A DNA stretch of 64,000 nucleotides from the IMG/VR virus record IMGVR_UViG_3300030389_002325, one strand, 5' to 3'. The translations under genes and the position numbers were made by a program. Of the stretch, positions 1-9,800 are shown one piece after another (positions within the stretch are counted from its first letter, which is position 1; each line of letters opens with the position of its first letter). This DNA comes from an uncultured virus (IMG/VR IMGVR_UViG_3300030389_002325). Taxonomy: Duplodnaviria; Heunggongvirae; Uroviricota; Caudoviricetes; Crassvirales. The notes beneath the pieces are model-generated. The model saw only the letters and a list, made by a program, of their open reading frames with translations, ran no database searches and was not told the DNA's origin.

Positions 1-599
1 TGCTTCTATAGAGCATTACAGTAAAAAGCTAGAGTTTATCAAAGGACCGAAAGTAGTTAAAACCTTCGAGTAAAATATTCAAAATAATTATATTTAATTA
101 AATCAAATGCAAGAATTAAAGTTAGTTAAAAACCTGACTTTTGGCGAAACTGCTAGAGGTCAGGTATTAACTGGAGTAGAAAAACTTACTAATGCAGTAG
201 GATCTACTTTAGGAGCAAGTGGTAAATGTGTTATACTAGAAGATAGCAATGGCACACCACAAATAACAAAAGACGGAGTTACAGTAGCAAACAGTATAAC
301 ATTGCGTGATCCGTTAGAAAATATTGGAGCAACACTTATTAAGCAAGCAGCTCAAAGAACAGTTAAAGATGCTGGCGATGGAACTACAACAGCTACTGTT
401 TTAGCTAAAGCTATACTAAGTGAAGCTGAAGAACATTCTTTATTAGACGACGAAAGATTAATGAAAGATGGTATAAATAAAGGAGTTAATAATGTTATTA
501 AATATTTAGACAAAGTATCTAAAAAAGTAACCGGTGAAAAAATTGATCAAGTAGCTACTATATCAGCTAACAATGACAAAGAGCTAGGTTCGATTATAG
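1..599 (+). repeat. Diverged direct repeat, copy 1 (partner 63402-64000)
   Basis: Collinear without indels at offset 63401; 30-84 identical to 63431-63485; many synonymous and some amino-acid differences inside groEL. Confidence 0.95.
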
Positions 600-1654
600 G
601 TAAGGCCTTTAAAATGGTTGACGAAACAGGTATTGTTATGATGGAAACAAACGAGCAACCTGAAACAGTAGTTGAGTTAATAGAAGGCGTTCAGTATGAT
701 CAAGCCTTGAAAAACAACCATTTTATTACCAACAAAGAAAAAGGAACGGCTGAACTTGAAAATCCGCTAGTACTCATTGTAGAGTCACAAATACCAAATA
801 TCCGTAAGATTCAGTCGGTCCTTGAATATGTAATTAAAAATGGTAAAAGCTTACTCATTATAGCGGATGTTGACCAACAAGTAGTTTCTGCGCTGGCGAT
901 GAATAAATCGAAGGGTAATATAAAGGTTAACATTATAGATGCACCAATTTACGGCATAAGCAAAAAAGATGTATTATCAGATTTATGCGCGGTAACTGGT
1001 GCAACACTTATTAACGAAGATCTAGGCGATGACATGGATCTAATACAAGTTGAACATTTAGGTAGTTGCATTAAATCAGTTACTAATCATGAAGAAACTA
1101 TAATGCAGGTAGATATTTCTGATAACAAAGAAGTTAAAGAAACTATTAAGTTATTGGAAAAGCAAATTAAAGAAACTAAAAATCCTAATATTATAGTAAG
1201 ACTTGAAAAACGTTTAGCTAAATTAAAAGCAAAGGTTGCTATAGTAAAAGTAGGTGCTAATTCAGAAGTTGAGTTAAAAGAAAAGAGAGATAGAGTAGAA
1301 GACGCTATTTGTGCTACAAAAGCCGCGATTAAAGAAGGTATAGTGCCTGGAGGTGGTATAGCTCTATTAAATGCCAGCATGCATTTACAACCTAAGTCAA
1401 TAGGTGAAGAAGTATTGTATCAAGCAATACGAAAGCCATATGAACTTATATTAGAAAATGCAGGTGTAAAAGAGTATGTTGATCCAAAAAAACAAGGTAA
1501 AGGATTAGACGTGGTTACAGGAAAAACGGTGGATATGGTAAAAGCCGGTATTATAGATCCTTTATTAGTAACAAAGAGCGCTCTTCAAAACGCGGCTTCA
1601 GTAGCTACAACTATATTATCAACTGATTGTGTTATTAATAATATAAGGGTATGA
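107..1654 (+). CDS. groEL: Phage chaperonin GroEL (Cpn60)
   Basis: TKDGVTVA, AGDGTTTATVLA, EGIVPGGG and GIIDP motifs; lacks the C-terminal GGM tail. Confidence 0.97.
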   Translation: MQELKLVKNLTFGETARGQVLTGVEKLTNAVGSTLGASGKCVILEDSNGTPQITKDGVTVANSITLRDPLENIGATLIKQAAQRTVKDAGDGTTTATVLAKAILSEAEEHSLLDDERLMKDGINKGVNNVIKYLDKVSKKVTGEKIDQVATISANNDKELGSIIGKAFKMVDETGIVMMETNEQPETVVELIEGVQYDQALKNNHFITNKEKGTAELENPLVLIVESQIPNIRKIQSVLEYVIKNGKSLLIIADVDQQVVSALAMNKSKGNIKVNIIDAPIYGISKKDVLSDLCAVTGATLINEDLGDDMDLIQVEHLGSCIKSVTNHEETIMQVDISDNKEVKETIKLLEKQIKETKNPNIIVRLEKRLAKLKAKVAIVKVGANSEVELKEKRDRVEDAICATKAAIKEGIVPGGGIALLNASMHLQPKSIGEEVLYQAIRKPYELILENAGVKEYVDPKKQGKGLDVVTGKTVDMVKAGIIDPLLVTKSALQNAASVATTILSTDCVINNIRV

Positions 1655-1911
1655 GAGCGGTAGGTAAATATATAGTTATAGATCCTATCAAAGAAGTTGA
1701 TACGACTACTAAAGGAGGTTTAATTCTAGCTGAAAAACAAAGAGAAGACATTAGGTACAGAAAAGCTAAGGTTATAGAACCTGGTTCTGATGTAAAAGCA
1801 TTAAAAAAAGGTGATGAAGTTTATTACGATAGATCAGCTGGATTTAATATTGAAATTAAAAAAGAAAACTACAGGGTAATTAAAGAGTTTGATGTAGTTA
1901 TTGTTTTATGA
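1651..1911 (+). CDS. groES: Co-chaperonin GroES (Cpn10)
   Basis: TTKGGLIL mobile loop and LKKGDEVYY; overlaps the groEL stop. Confidence 0.92.
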   Translation: MRAVGKYIVIDPIKEVDTTTKGGLILAEKQREDIRYRKAKVIEPGSDVKALKKGDEVYYDRSAGFNIEIKKENYRVIKEFDVVIVL

Positions 1912-2333
1912 GAAGACTAACTTCTAGTGATTTAAAAGAAATAGGTTTACTTAAAAATTATAGAATAATAAGGAAGTGGGCTTGTAAGACAAATGAATTA
2001 ACAGACGCAGATCTAGAGCTACTAATTTATTTAGACGCTATAGATATGTTTACTAAAAATGATTTTATAAAAGGTACCTACTCATTTAGCTGGGATAACA
2101 GACGCTGGAACAGATTATTGAAACAAGGGTGGATTGTAGTGTGGAGAGAAAGAAATCGCACAACCCAAAAATATCATATATATAAAGTATCCTACAAGTG
2201 TAAACAGCTAATAAGTCGGATTTACCGTATTATGTTAGGTGAAGAAGAAATGCCTACTAAAAAACTAGAAAAAAGTAACAGATATAGTTACAAAGTAATG
2301 ATAAAAGCAATAAATTATGCCAAACAACAATAA
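1908..2333 (+). CDS. Putative winged-helix DNA-binding protein
   Basis: LTDADLELLIYL...LLKQGWI...YKVS pattern resembles MarR-like wHTH. Confidence 0.5.
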   Translation: MRRLTSSDLKEIGLLKNYRIIRKWACKTNELTDADLELLIYLDAIDMFTKNDFIKGTYSFSWDNRRWNRLLKQGWIVVWRERNRTTQKYHIYKVSYKCKQLISRIYRIMLGEEEMPTKKLEKSNRYSYKVMIKAINYAKQQ

Positions 2334-2952
2334 AAAACCATCTCCGTTTAAAGCTATACCACCTCAACTTCTAATACCTATAATAAAAGGAGGGCTTGGA
2401 GGTACTACTAGTGGCGTGGCTAACATAAGCAAAGAATTTGGTCAAATAAGAGACGAATTTAAAGACAAAGGATACAAAGATGCTAAGTTTGGCGAAAAAA
2501 TAAAAATGCTAGGTGGAGCTGCTGGTAGACTTTTTTCAACTGGAAATCAAGCTGTCTTAAGTGGAATATCTCAAGGAGTACTAGGAACTGATTTTGGATT
2601 GAGTAATGTTGGCTTTTTAAAAGACAACCAACAAACGCAACCACAACAACCACAACAACAACAAATGGCTCAAGTGCCTAATTATTCAACTAATATAAAT
2701 GAAATGGGAGAAGAAATACCAATGACAATGGAAAAGCCTTTTAAAGCTTTGTCACCTTATACAGCTAGTTATTCAGCTTACAATATGTCAGCTAAACAAG
2801 CAAGTGTAGAACCTATGATGCAAAAGCTATCAGGCGCTGCTACTTTGATGACTGCTGCTCAAGAAAATGCTTTTGGACCTGACTCTAAACTTGCAAAAAA
2901 AGATCCAGCTAGAGCTAAAGAAATATATGACGGAATAAATAAAAACGATTAA
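2317..2952 (+). CDS. Hypothetical Gly/Gln-rich protein, possibly virion-internal
   Basis: Long ORF in the late operon with overlapping start/stop. Confidence 0.6.
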   Translation: MPNNNKKPSPFKAIPPQLLIPIIKGGLGGTTSGVANISKEFGQIRDEFKDKGYKDAKFGEKIKMLGGAAGRLFSTGNQAVLSGISQGVLGTDFGLSNVGFLKDNQQTQPQQPQQQQMAQVPNYSTNINEMGEEIPMTMEKPFKALSPYTASYSAYNMSAKQASVEPMMQKLSGAATLMTAAQENAFGPDSKLAKKDPARAKEIYDGINKND

Positions 2953-2954
2953 TT

Positions 2955-3089
2955 ATGCATAAATCAGGATCATCATGCGGTTGCAAAGTAAAAGTACCTG
3001 CTGATAAAACAATGAGACCTACAACAAAGTTTTTTAGAATAGAAGCGCCTGAGTATAAGCCTAACGCTGTATTAAGAGCACAGAAATAA
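2955..3089 (+). CDS. Small hypothetical protein (44 aa; not in ORF track)
   Basis: MHKSGSSCGCKVKVP...LRAQK*; fills the operon gap and ends in a TAATG overlap with the next gene. Confidence 0.6.
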   Translation: MHKSGSSCGCKVKVPADKTMRPTTKFFRIEAPEYKPNAVLRAQK

Positions 3090-3232
3090 TGCAAGACGCT
3101 AAGCTGTACTTTTTAAATGCTGGAGCATTTACGGTAACTATGATGGATTGGCTAGAACCTATATTAAAAATAACTTTACTTGTAGTAACTATAGGTTACA
3201 CTTTACATAAATGGTATAAGCTTAAAAAATGA
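3089..3232 (+). CDS. Small membrane protein, holin candidate (47 aa; not in ORF track)
   Basis: MQDAKLYFLNAGAFTVTMMDWLEPILKITLLVVTIGYTLHKWYKLKK*; hydrophobic with a basic tail; ATGA overlap with the amidase. Confidence 0.6.
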   Translation: MQDAKLYFLNAGAFTVTMMDWLEPILKITLLVVTIGYTLHKWYKLKK

Positions 3233-3642
3233 GAAGTATAAACGAAATTATAATACACTGCTCTGCTACTAGAGAAGGCCAAGATATATCGGTTGACACT
3301 ATTAAAAAATGGCACGTAGAAGGCCGTGGTTGGTCAGATATTGGCTATCATTTTTATATTGATATTAATGGTAAAATATGGAAAGGTAGAGATATTGATC
3401 GTACTGGAGCTCATTGCAAAAATCACAATAGAAACTCAATAGGAATATGTTATTGTGGAGGTGTTGAAGCTGATGGCAAAACACCGAAAGATACAAGAAC
3501 AGAAGCACAAAAAGAAAGCCTATTACATGTATTAAAAACATTAATGGCTATGTTTCCTCTTGCTACCATTTACTCACACAACGAGTTTGCTAACAAAGCA
3601 TGCCCGTCATTTGACGCAACAAATGAGTACAAAGATCTCTGA
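3229..3642 (+). CDS. Endolysin, N-acetylmuramoyl-L-alanine amidase (T7 lysozyme-like, Amidase_2)
   Basis: IIIHCSAT, GWSDIGYHF, GAHC..HN..SIGIC, H...KACPSFD. Confidence 0.95.
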   Translation: MRSINEIIIHCSATREGQDISVDTIKKWHVEGRGWSDIGYHFYIDINGKIWKGRDIDRTGAHCKNHNRNSIGICYCGGVEADGKTPKDTRTEAQKESLLHVLKTLMAMFPLATIYSHNEFANKACPSFDATNEYKDL

Positions 3643-4033
3643 AAACACTAATATACAACTTGACTTAAAAACTGTAATAGCGATAATAATGGTAACAGCC
3701 TCTTTTGTAGGTATGTATTACACATTACAAGCAGATATTCAAGAAGCTAAAAAGTTACCACCTGTAGAAGTTACCCGCTTAGAGTATCAATTAAAAGAAG
3801 AGTGGAATGAAAAAATGATTATGCAGTTAAAAGATCAAGTAGAAGTACTTGAAGAAACTACTGATATATTAAAAGAAGAAATTAAAATAACATCAGCTAT
3901 GATACAAGATGGTACTGAAGCTGATGCTATGTTAGATGAGCTTAATGCTAAGCTTGTAGAATTACAAAACAGAAAACCTAAAACAACTGTCATAGTTAAA
4001 GAGGTAGAAATAGATAAAAGAAAACGTAGATAA
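3623..4033 (+). CDS. Single-TM coiled-coil protein (possible lysis accessory/spanin-like)
   Basis: Probable start ATG 3623 (MSTKISENT); one TM helix then coiled coil; adjacent to the endolysin. Confidence 0.55.
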   Translation: MSTKISENTNIQLDLKTVIAIIMVTASFVGMYYTLQADIQEAKKLPPVEVTRLEYQLKEEWNEKMIMQLKDQVEVLEETTDILKEEIKITSAMIQDGTEADAMLDELNAKLVELQNRKPKTTVIVKEVEIDKRKRR

Positions 4034-4188
4034 TGGGTAAAATATCAGGACCTTGTAAAGCAGCTGCAAAAAGAAAATTTAAAGTATGGCCAAGCGCTTA
4101 TGCTAGTGGTTGGGGTGTAAGATGTACTAAAGCTGGTGGACCTGCTAAATTTGGTGGTGGCAAAAAGAAAAAGAAAAAGAAAAAGTAA
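4033..4188 (+). CDS. Small basic protein with KRKFKVWPSAYASGW motif (DUF5872-like N-terminal module; not in ORF track)
   Basis: 51-aa ORF with poly-Lys tail and TAATG overlaps at both ends. Confidence 0.75.
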   Translation: MGKISGPCKAAAKRKFKVWPSAYASGWGVRCTKAGGPAKFGGGKKKKKKKK

Positions 4189-4310
4189 TGGCTAGTGTAA
4201 GAAAATTAAAAGATGTTATTAAGGAACTTAAAGCGGCTGTTAATGCTCATGGTCGCCAGGCTAGAATTATACAGTCTCATATTAATAAGTTTCATAAAAA
4301 GAAAAAATGA
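4188..4310 (+). CDS. Small basic protein (40 aa; not in ORF track)
   Basis: MASVRKLKDVIKELK...HKKKK*; translationally coupled on both sides. Confidence 0.7.
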   Translation: MASVRKLKDVIKELKAAVNAHGRQARIIQSHINKFHKKKK

Positions 4311-4477
4311 AAAAAAGAGGTGGCGCATATCGCGGTACTTTAAAAGCTAGAATAAATAAATTGTACGGTGGTAATGTTACTTGTGGTAAAGTTAAAAAAC
4401 TAAAACGCAGAAGAACAAAAACTCAAAGAGACGTGCAACTAGCTAATTGGTTTATTAATATGCATAATTGTAAGTAA
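4307..4477 (+). CDS. Small basic protein (56 aa; not in ORF track)
   Basis: MKKRGGAYRG...ANWFINMHNCK*; ATGA and TAATG overlaps. Confidence 0.7.
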   Translation: MKKRGGAYRGTLKARINKLYGGNVTCGKVKKLKRRRTKTQRDVQLANWFINMHNCK

Positions 4478-4728
4478 TGCCTAAAAAAAGATTAACTTGG
4501 AAAGATTCAGATGCGCCAGATGCAAAAGGTAGATTTAAAGAATTATCAGCACCTAAGCTAGCATCATGGCTTATAAGAACTAGAAATAGTAAACTTAATA
4601 GAATAATAGGTAGCTTAAACCAACAAATAGCTTTTAATAAAGATAGACCTAGCTACGTTGCTAAAATGAAAACTACTAGGAATATAGTTACAAAAAGATT
4701 AAAAAAGAAAGATGCCAAAAAAAGCTGA
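4477..4728 (+). CDS. Small basic hypothetical protein
   Basis: K/R-rich ORF in the coupled array. Confidence 0.75.
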   Translation: MPKKRLTWKDSDAPDAKGRFKELSAPKLASWLIRTRNSKLNRIIGSLNQQIAFNKDRPSYVAKMKTTRNIVTKRLKKKDAKKS

Positions 4729-5002
4729 TCCTAAAAAAGGTACGGGTAAAAAACCAAAAGGCTCGGGACGTAGGCTATATACAGATGAAAATCCAAAAGA
4801 TACTGTTGGTATTAAATTTGCTACGCCTGCTGATGCTAGGGCTACTTGTAGTAAAGTTAAAAAAGTTAATAAACCTTTTGCAAGAAAAATACAAATAATG
4901 ACTGTTGTTGAACAACGCAGTCGATATGGTGGTAAGCCAAAGCAAAGAGCTATAGCTAAAAGGTGTAAAGAAGCAATAAGAAGATTACATGGCAAAAAGT
5001 AA
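4712..5002 (+). CDS. Small basic conserved phage protein (LYTDENPKDTV motif)
   Basis: K/R-rich ORF in the coupled array. Confidence 0.75.
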   Translation: MPKKADPKKGTGKKPKGSGRRLYTDENPKDTVGIKFATPADARATCSKVKKVNKPFARKIQIMTVVEQRSRYGGKPKQRAIAKRCKEAIRRLHGKK

Positions 5003-5264
5003 AATAAAAGGCGGTGGCACTAAAAAAGTTTGCTTACCAGCTGCTAAAGTAAGATCGATGAGTAAATCAGAAAGACAGTCTGTAGTAAGAGCTAAGCGTA
5101 AAGCAGCTGCTTCTGGTAAATATAAAAGATCTAGTAAATCAAATGTTAAAGGTGCTCGTAAAAAAGGCGCTACACTTAGAGATTGGTTTGAAAAAGAAAA
5201 CTGGATTAATGTAGCTACAGGTAGACCTTGTGGTGAGCCAACTAAAAAAAGAAAAAGAAAATAA
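4989..5264 (+). CDS. Small basic protein (DUF5872-like C-terminal modules)
   Basis: CLP..KV and LRDWFEKENWINVATGRPCG segments. Confidence 0.7.
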   Translation: MAKSKIKGGGTKKVCLPAAKVRSMSKSERQSVVRAKRKAAASGKYKRSSKSNVKGARKKGATLRDWFEKENWINVATGRPCGEPTKKRKRK

Positions 5265-5551
5265 TGTATAGTCAAGCTAATAATCCTTTTCAAAAAAAAG
5301 GTAATGAACCTAGAAGAACTACTAAAGGTAAGGGAAGAAACTTTAGAACAGTTAAAGAAGGTGCTGGTATGACTGAAAAAGGAGTTGCTGAATACAGACG
5401 TAAAAACCCAGGAAGTAAACTTAAAACTGCAGTTACTGGTAAAGTTAAACCAGGAAGTAAAGACGCTAAAAGAAGAAAATCATTTTGTGCTAGATCAAGA
5501 GGTTGGACAAGTGAAAGAGGTAAAGCAGCTAGACGTAGATGGAAATGTTAA
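5264..5551 (+). CDS. Small basic protein (DUF6321-like)
   Basis: YRRKNPGSKLKTAVT...KRRKSFCARS...RRWKC. Confidence 0.75.
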   Translation: MYSQANNPFQKKGNEPRRTTKGKGRNFRTVKEGAGMTEKGVAEYRRKNPGSKLKTAVTGKVKPGSKDAKRRKSFCARSRGWTSERGKAARRRWKC

Positions 5552-5559
5552 TATAAGTT

Positions 5560-5895
5560 ATGGGATTTAAATTAAAACCAGGTTATAAAATAGATAATAC
5601 ACCTATATATACTGTAGATGAAGAAAAAGGCGTAGTAGGTAGAGCTGGCAAAAATTTAACTATTACTGTTAGCAGTAGAGTTAAAGATCCAAAACTAATG
5701 AAACAAGTTATATGCCACGAAAAAGTGCATATTGATCAAATGAAAAAAGGACTTATTACATATGATGATAATTATATGTACCATAGAAAATCAAGGAATA
5801 AACCTTTTAAAAAAATAAAAAGAAGTAAAAAAGCTGATGGTAATAAAAACCATTGGTGGGAAAAACAAGCGTATAATAAATGTAAATATAAATAA
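5560..5895 (+). CDS. Small HExxH zincin-like metallopeptidase
   Basis: HEKVH followed by WEKQAY. Confidence 0.6.
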   Translation: MGFKLKPGYKIDNTPIYTVDEEKGVVGRAGKNLTITVSSRVKDPKLMKQVICHEKVHIDQMKKGLITYDDNYMYHRKSRNKPFKKIKRSKKADGNKNHWWEKQAYNKCKYK

Positions 5896-5897
5896 TC

Positions 5898-6086
5898 ATG
5901 CCAGGAAAAAAACCTTATAATATGGCGCATAGCCCAGAAATGATGAAGCCTTATGAAATGGGACATAGTCCAGAAAAAATGGGGCATAGCCCAAAAGAAA
6001 TGAAGCATTCACCAATGCCTATGAAAGGCCATGGTAAAGCTACTAAAGCAGGTAGGCCAGCTATATTAAAACATATGTCTTCATAA
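5898..6086 (+). CDS. Met/His/Pro-rich repeat peptide
   Basis: Four M-x-H-S-P units. Confidence 0.65.
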   Translation: MPGKKPYNMAHSPEMMKPYEMGHSPEKMGHSPKEMKHSPMPMKGHGKATKAGRPAILKHMSS

Positions 6087-6532
6087 TGAAGAAAAAAATA
6101 AAAGATACTAAAATAGGTGCTTTTCTAGCAAGTAAAGCACCTAAAGTATTAAATGCTATAGGAGATGTCTTACCTGACCAAGGTACATTTGGGCTCGTAA
6201 AAAATATTATAACAAGTGATGATAATATAGAGCCTGAAGATAAAGAAACTGCAATGAAGCTAATAGAGCAAGATCTTATAGAATTAAAAGAAATTTCAGG
6301 TAGGTGGAGAGCAGATATGAAAAGTGATTCATGGCTAAGTAAGAATACTAGGCCACTTACTTTAATATATTTAACATTTGCTTCAACGATATTAATGATA
6401 ATTGACTCTTTTCATACTACATTTGATGTAGACGTAGCTTGGGTTGAATTATTAAAAACTTTACTGATTACAGTATATGTAGCGTACTTTGGTTCTAGAG
6501 GCGCTGAAAAAATTACAAATATAAAAAAATAA
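6086..6532 (+). CDS. Holin-like membrane protein (3TM/GTA holin-like)
   Basis: RW.ADM.SDSWLSKNTRP and AYFGSRG.EK with two hydrophobic helices. Confidence 0.65.
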   Translation: MKKKIKDTKIGAFLASKAPKVLNAIGDVLPDQGTFGLVKNIITSDDNIEPEDKETAMKLIEQDLIELKEISGRWRADMKSDSWLSKNTRPLTLIYLTFASTILMIIDSFHTTFDVDVAWVELLKTLLITVYVAYFGSRGAEKITNIKK

Positions 6533-6533
6533 A

Positions 6534-6836
6534 ATGAAAGGCGTACAATTAAGACAAGCGAATGAAGTTAGGCTTTTTGCTCACGACGTTTTAGATTTAG
6601 GCGTAACAGCTAATTATACTTATGGCACTACGATACCAGGTACTCAAGATAGAGGAGTTTGCTTATATGCTGGTGTACCTATATCAGAAATAGAAGTTGT
6701 CATGGAAAGTGGAACTCAGTGTAAATTTAAAGGTATTACAGCTGGTTCTTTTTTGCCAGTATTAGTTACTAAAATAGTTGCTAAACCTGGAGACGTTGCG
6801 GCAGATACAGAAGGAGAATTATTAGCTTTATATTAA
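6534..6836 (+). CDS. Tail fibre/spike base-like protein
   Basis: LY.G....I.V.M.SG....F.G...GSFLPV.V pattern; directly precedes the fibre genes. Confidence 0.5.
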   Translation: MKGVQLRQANEVRLFAHDVLDLGVTANYTYGTTIPGTQDRGVCLYAGVPISEIEVVMESGTQCKFKGITAGSFLPVLVTKIVAKPGDVAADTEGELLALY

Positions 6837-6839
6837 GAC

Positions 6840-9800
6840 ATGAGAATAGGTATAGCTAGTCCAATACCAGATTTAGGATCTATTCCTGGACCTAGTAGAC
6901 CAGGGTACCCTTCAGGAGGATCTTATGATTTTCAATTTGAAGTAACAGGCGCTGTAAGTATAAAAGCAAATGCTGCTACTTCAGGTAGCTTTACAATAAG
7001 TTGGCCAAATGGAACAACTAACACTTACTCAGGTAATAATGCTTCTATTGCAGCTCCTGATGCAACAGCTGGTATTGTATCTATAAATAACGAAAAATTA
7101 GATTCAACTTACATGGATGAATTTGCAGTTGTAAGTGGGCAATCTAATGTAAGCAAAATTGTATCTTGGGGTACAAATGGTTGGAGTAACGTATTTGAAG
7201 CTTTTAAAAATTGTGTTAATTTAACAGATATAAGTAAAACATCATTTATAGCTTCTGGACAAGGACCTAATACTAACCAAGGAACATATATGGAGAGTAT
7301 GTTTGAAGGATGTACCTCGTTATTAGAAGTAGATATTAAAAACTGGAATTTACAAAATGGTGTTAGTTGGAAAAATAATGGTCCATTTATTGATTTAGCT
7401 AATCTTCAAAAGTTAGATGCAACAGGTTTAAAAATAAAATTTCAAGATAATGCATCTTACAGTTATAAAGCTTTTACAGGTATAGGAACTAATGTAGCAA
7501 ACGGGTGTGAGTTTAAATTGTCAGGTTTAGATCTTTCTACTAGCCCTGCTAACTACGTTTATGGTTCTAACGTCATTGGTGGTATGTTCTCTGGTAACAA
7601 GTTTAAAGACGGATCAAACTTATCAAACATTAAATGGCCAACTGGACTATCAAACCCTAACGGCGATTATGCGTTAGGAAGAAGTATGTTCACCGGCTCT
7701 ACAATATTAGGAACTTTAAATTGTTCTGGTTGGACAACTTGGAATTCTAGACGCGCACCGGGGTTTAATAACGTTAACTCTTCGTTAACTTCTCAAGATG
7801 GTTCTAAAGTAAATCTTTCAAACTTAAATCTTACAGGTACTTGGAACTTTTCTCTTATGTTTAATAACTCTAGACTATATGAAGTAATAGGGTTAAATAC
7901 TTGGACAGCAACAGCTGGTGGAGTAAATATGTACCAGATGTTTAAAGATGCTAAATTAATGAGAATAAATCCAAGTGATAACTTTTCATCTGCGTTTACC
8001 TCTAGTTTAAATCCTACTTTTAATTCTTCTGGAAATTTATACTGGCAACAAAGAAGAGGTTTTTATGAAATGTGTATGAACTTTAGTAGTTTATTATTAG
8101 ACTCTGAAGTAGGTGCACCTCCTAGCTTTGCAAATGTAGATTTTACAGACTCTACTTTAGCAGATCAATCAATTTTATATAAATTTGGAGGCGGAGCTAA
8201 ATTAACTAACACGCTAGATTTAACTACAGCTACTTTTTCTAGTTCTGTTCCAATTCGTTTTAATAATATATTTGAAAGAAACGCTACAATAACTGATACT
8301 AATAACCACTTTGTATTAAATAACGCTAATTTAAAAATAGCTACAATTTATCAAGCTTTTTGGGGTACTAATATAAGAAAAATTACTATTGGTGATAATG
8401 TAGATATGTCAGCTATTGCTAGTTTTGACTTCACGTTCTTTTCGTCTGGCTTACCAGTTGATAGCATATTCTTACCTTCAAACGCAGACTACAGCTCTTT
8501 AGCTACTATTTCTAGTTCTAGTTCTGTAAATTATTTCATAGGTGGTAATGCAGCTGGCGCATTATCAACTTGTCAAGTAGATACATTTATTAGAAGAAAC
8601 AGAGCTACAAATTCTAACACTAATGTTATTGCTGATTTAGGATCTAACAAAATAACAGCTGCACCTAGTCTCGCTAGAGCAGATGCAGATTATTTAGTTA
8701 ATAATCAAAATTGGACTATAACTGTAGGCTCTCCAGATACTCCTTTACCATTTGCTTATGCAAATTATGTAGTAGATCCAACAGGCATAACAACTATATC
8801 ACCAACTACAACGCCTCCGGCAGGTTCTGTATTTACAGCGACTAATGGCCTTAGCATAAGTGCTAGCGGTGTTATAACAATAGGTTCATTTAGAGGTAGT
8901 TCTACAATTAGATGTACATATCCTGATGGATGTTATAATGAGGTTAACATGTTGATACAAGCTCCTTTTAAAATGAACATAACTATTCCTTCTGGATCAA
9001 CTAACTTTGAATTAAAACCTCAAATGTCAGCTGGTGAGTGTTTTGTTGACTGGGGCGATAATAGTTCGCAAGTACTAACAGCTAATACTACGCATTCGTA
9101 TGCTAGCTCTGGAAGTGATCAAACTTATCCTGTTAAGATATTTGATTCACCTAGTGGTTCCAAATTTACTGGTTTTAACAGTTCTTGGAATGCTACATCT
9201 GGTGGTTATATTGACGACATAGCTCAATGGGGAGAAATTGAATGGCAAAATAATTCTTGGTTTGCTAATACTTCAAAAGTAACTATAACAGCAACAGACA
9301 CTCCTAATCTTTCTCAAGTAACTTCTTTACAAGCAATGTTTAGTTCAAATGGCAATAACAGTGTTTTCTCAGGTGGAAGTGCTATTGGTAATTGGGATGT
9401 TAGTACTATAACAAATATGTCTAGTATGTTTTTTAAAATTACTAGCGCTAATTTTACTCAAAATTTAAGTAACTGGGATGTTAGTAATGTTACTACTCTA
9501 AATAGATTTAATTATACTTACCCTGAATATCAAGTTCATAATCAAAATTGGGTTGCTGATTGGGGTAATAAAACTAGTAACGTAGAAGATTTTTCGTATT
9601 TTATGTACGGAGGTAAAAACAATAGTATAGCCGTAAATAGTAATATGGGTAATTACAATACTAGTTCAGCTACTAACATGAGTTATATGTTTTTCAACAA
9701 CGGAGGGGATATAGCTAATTGCAAAACTAAAATAGTTAATGCTGGGCAAGCTGATGAATATATAGCATGGGACGTTAAAAAAGTTGAAAACTTTACATAT

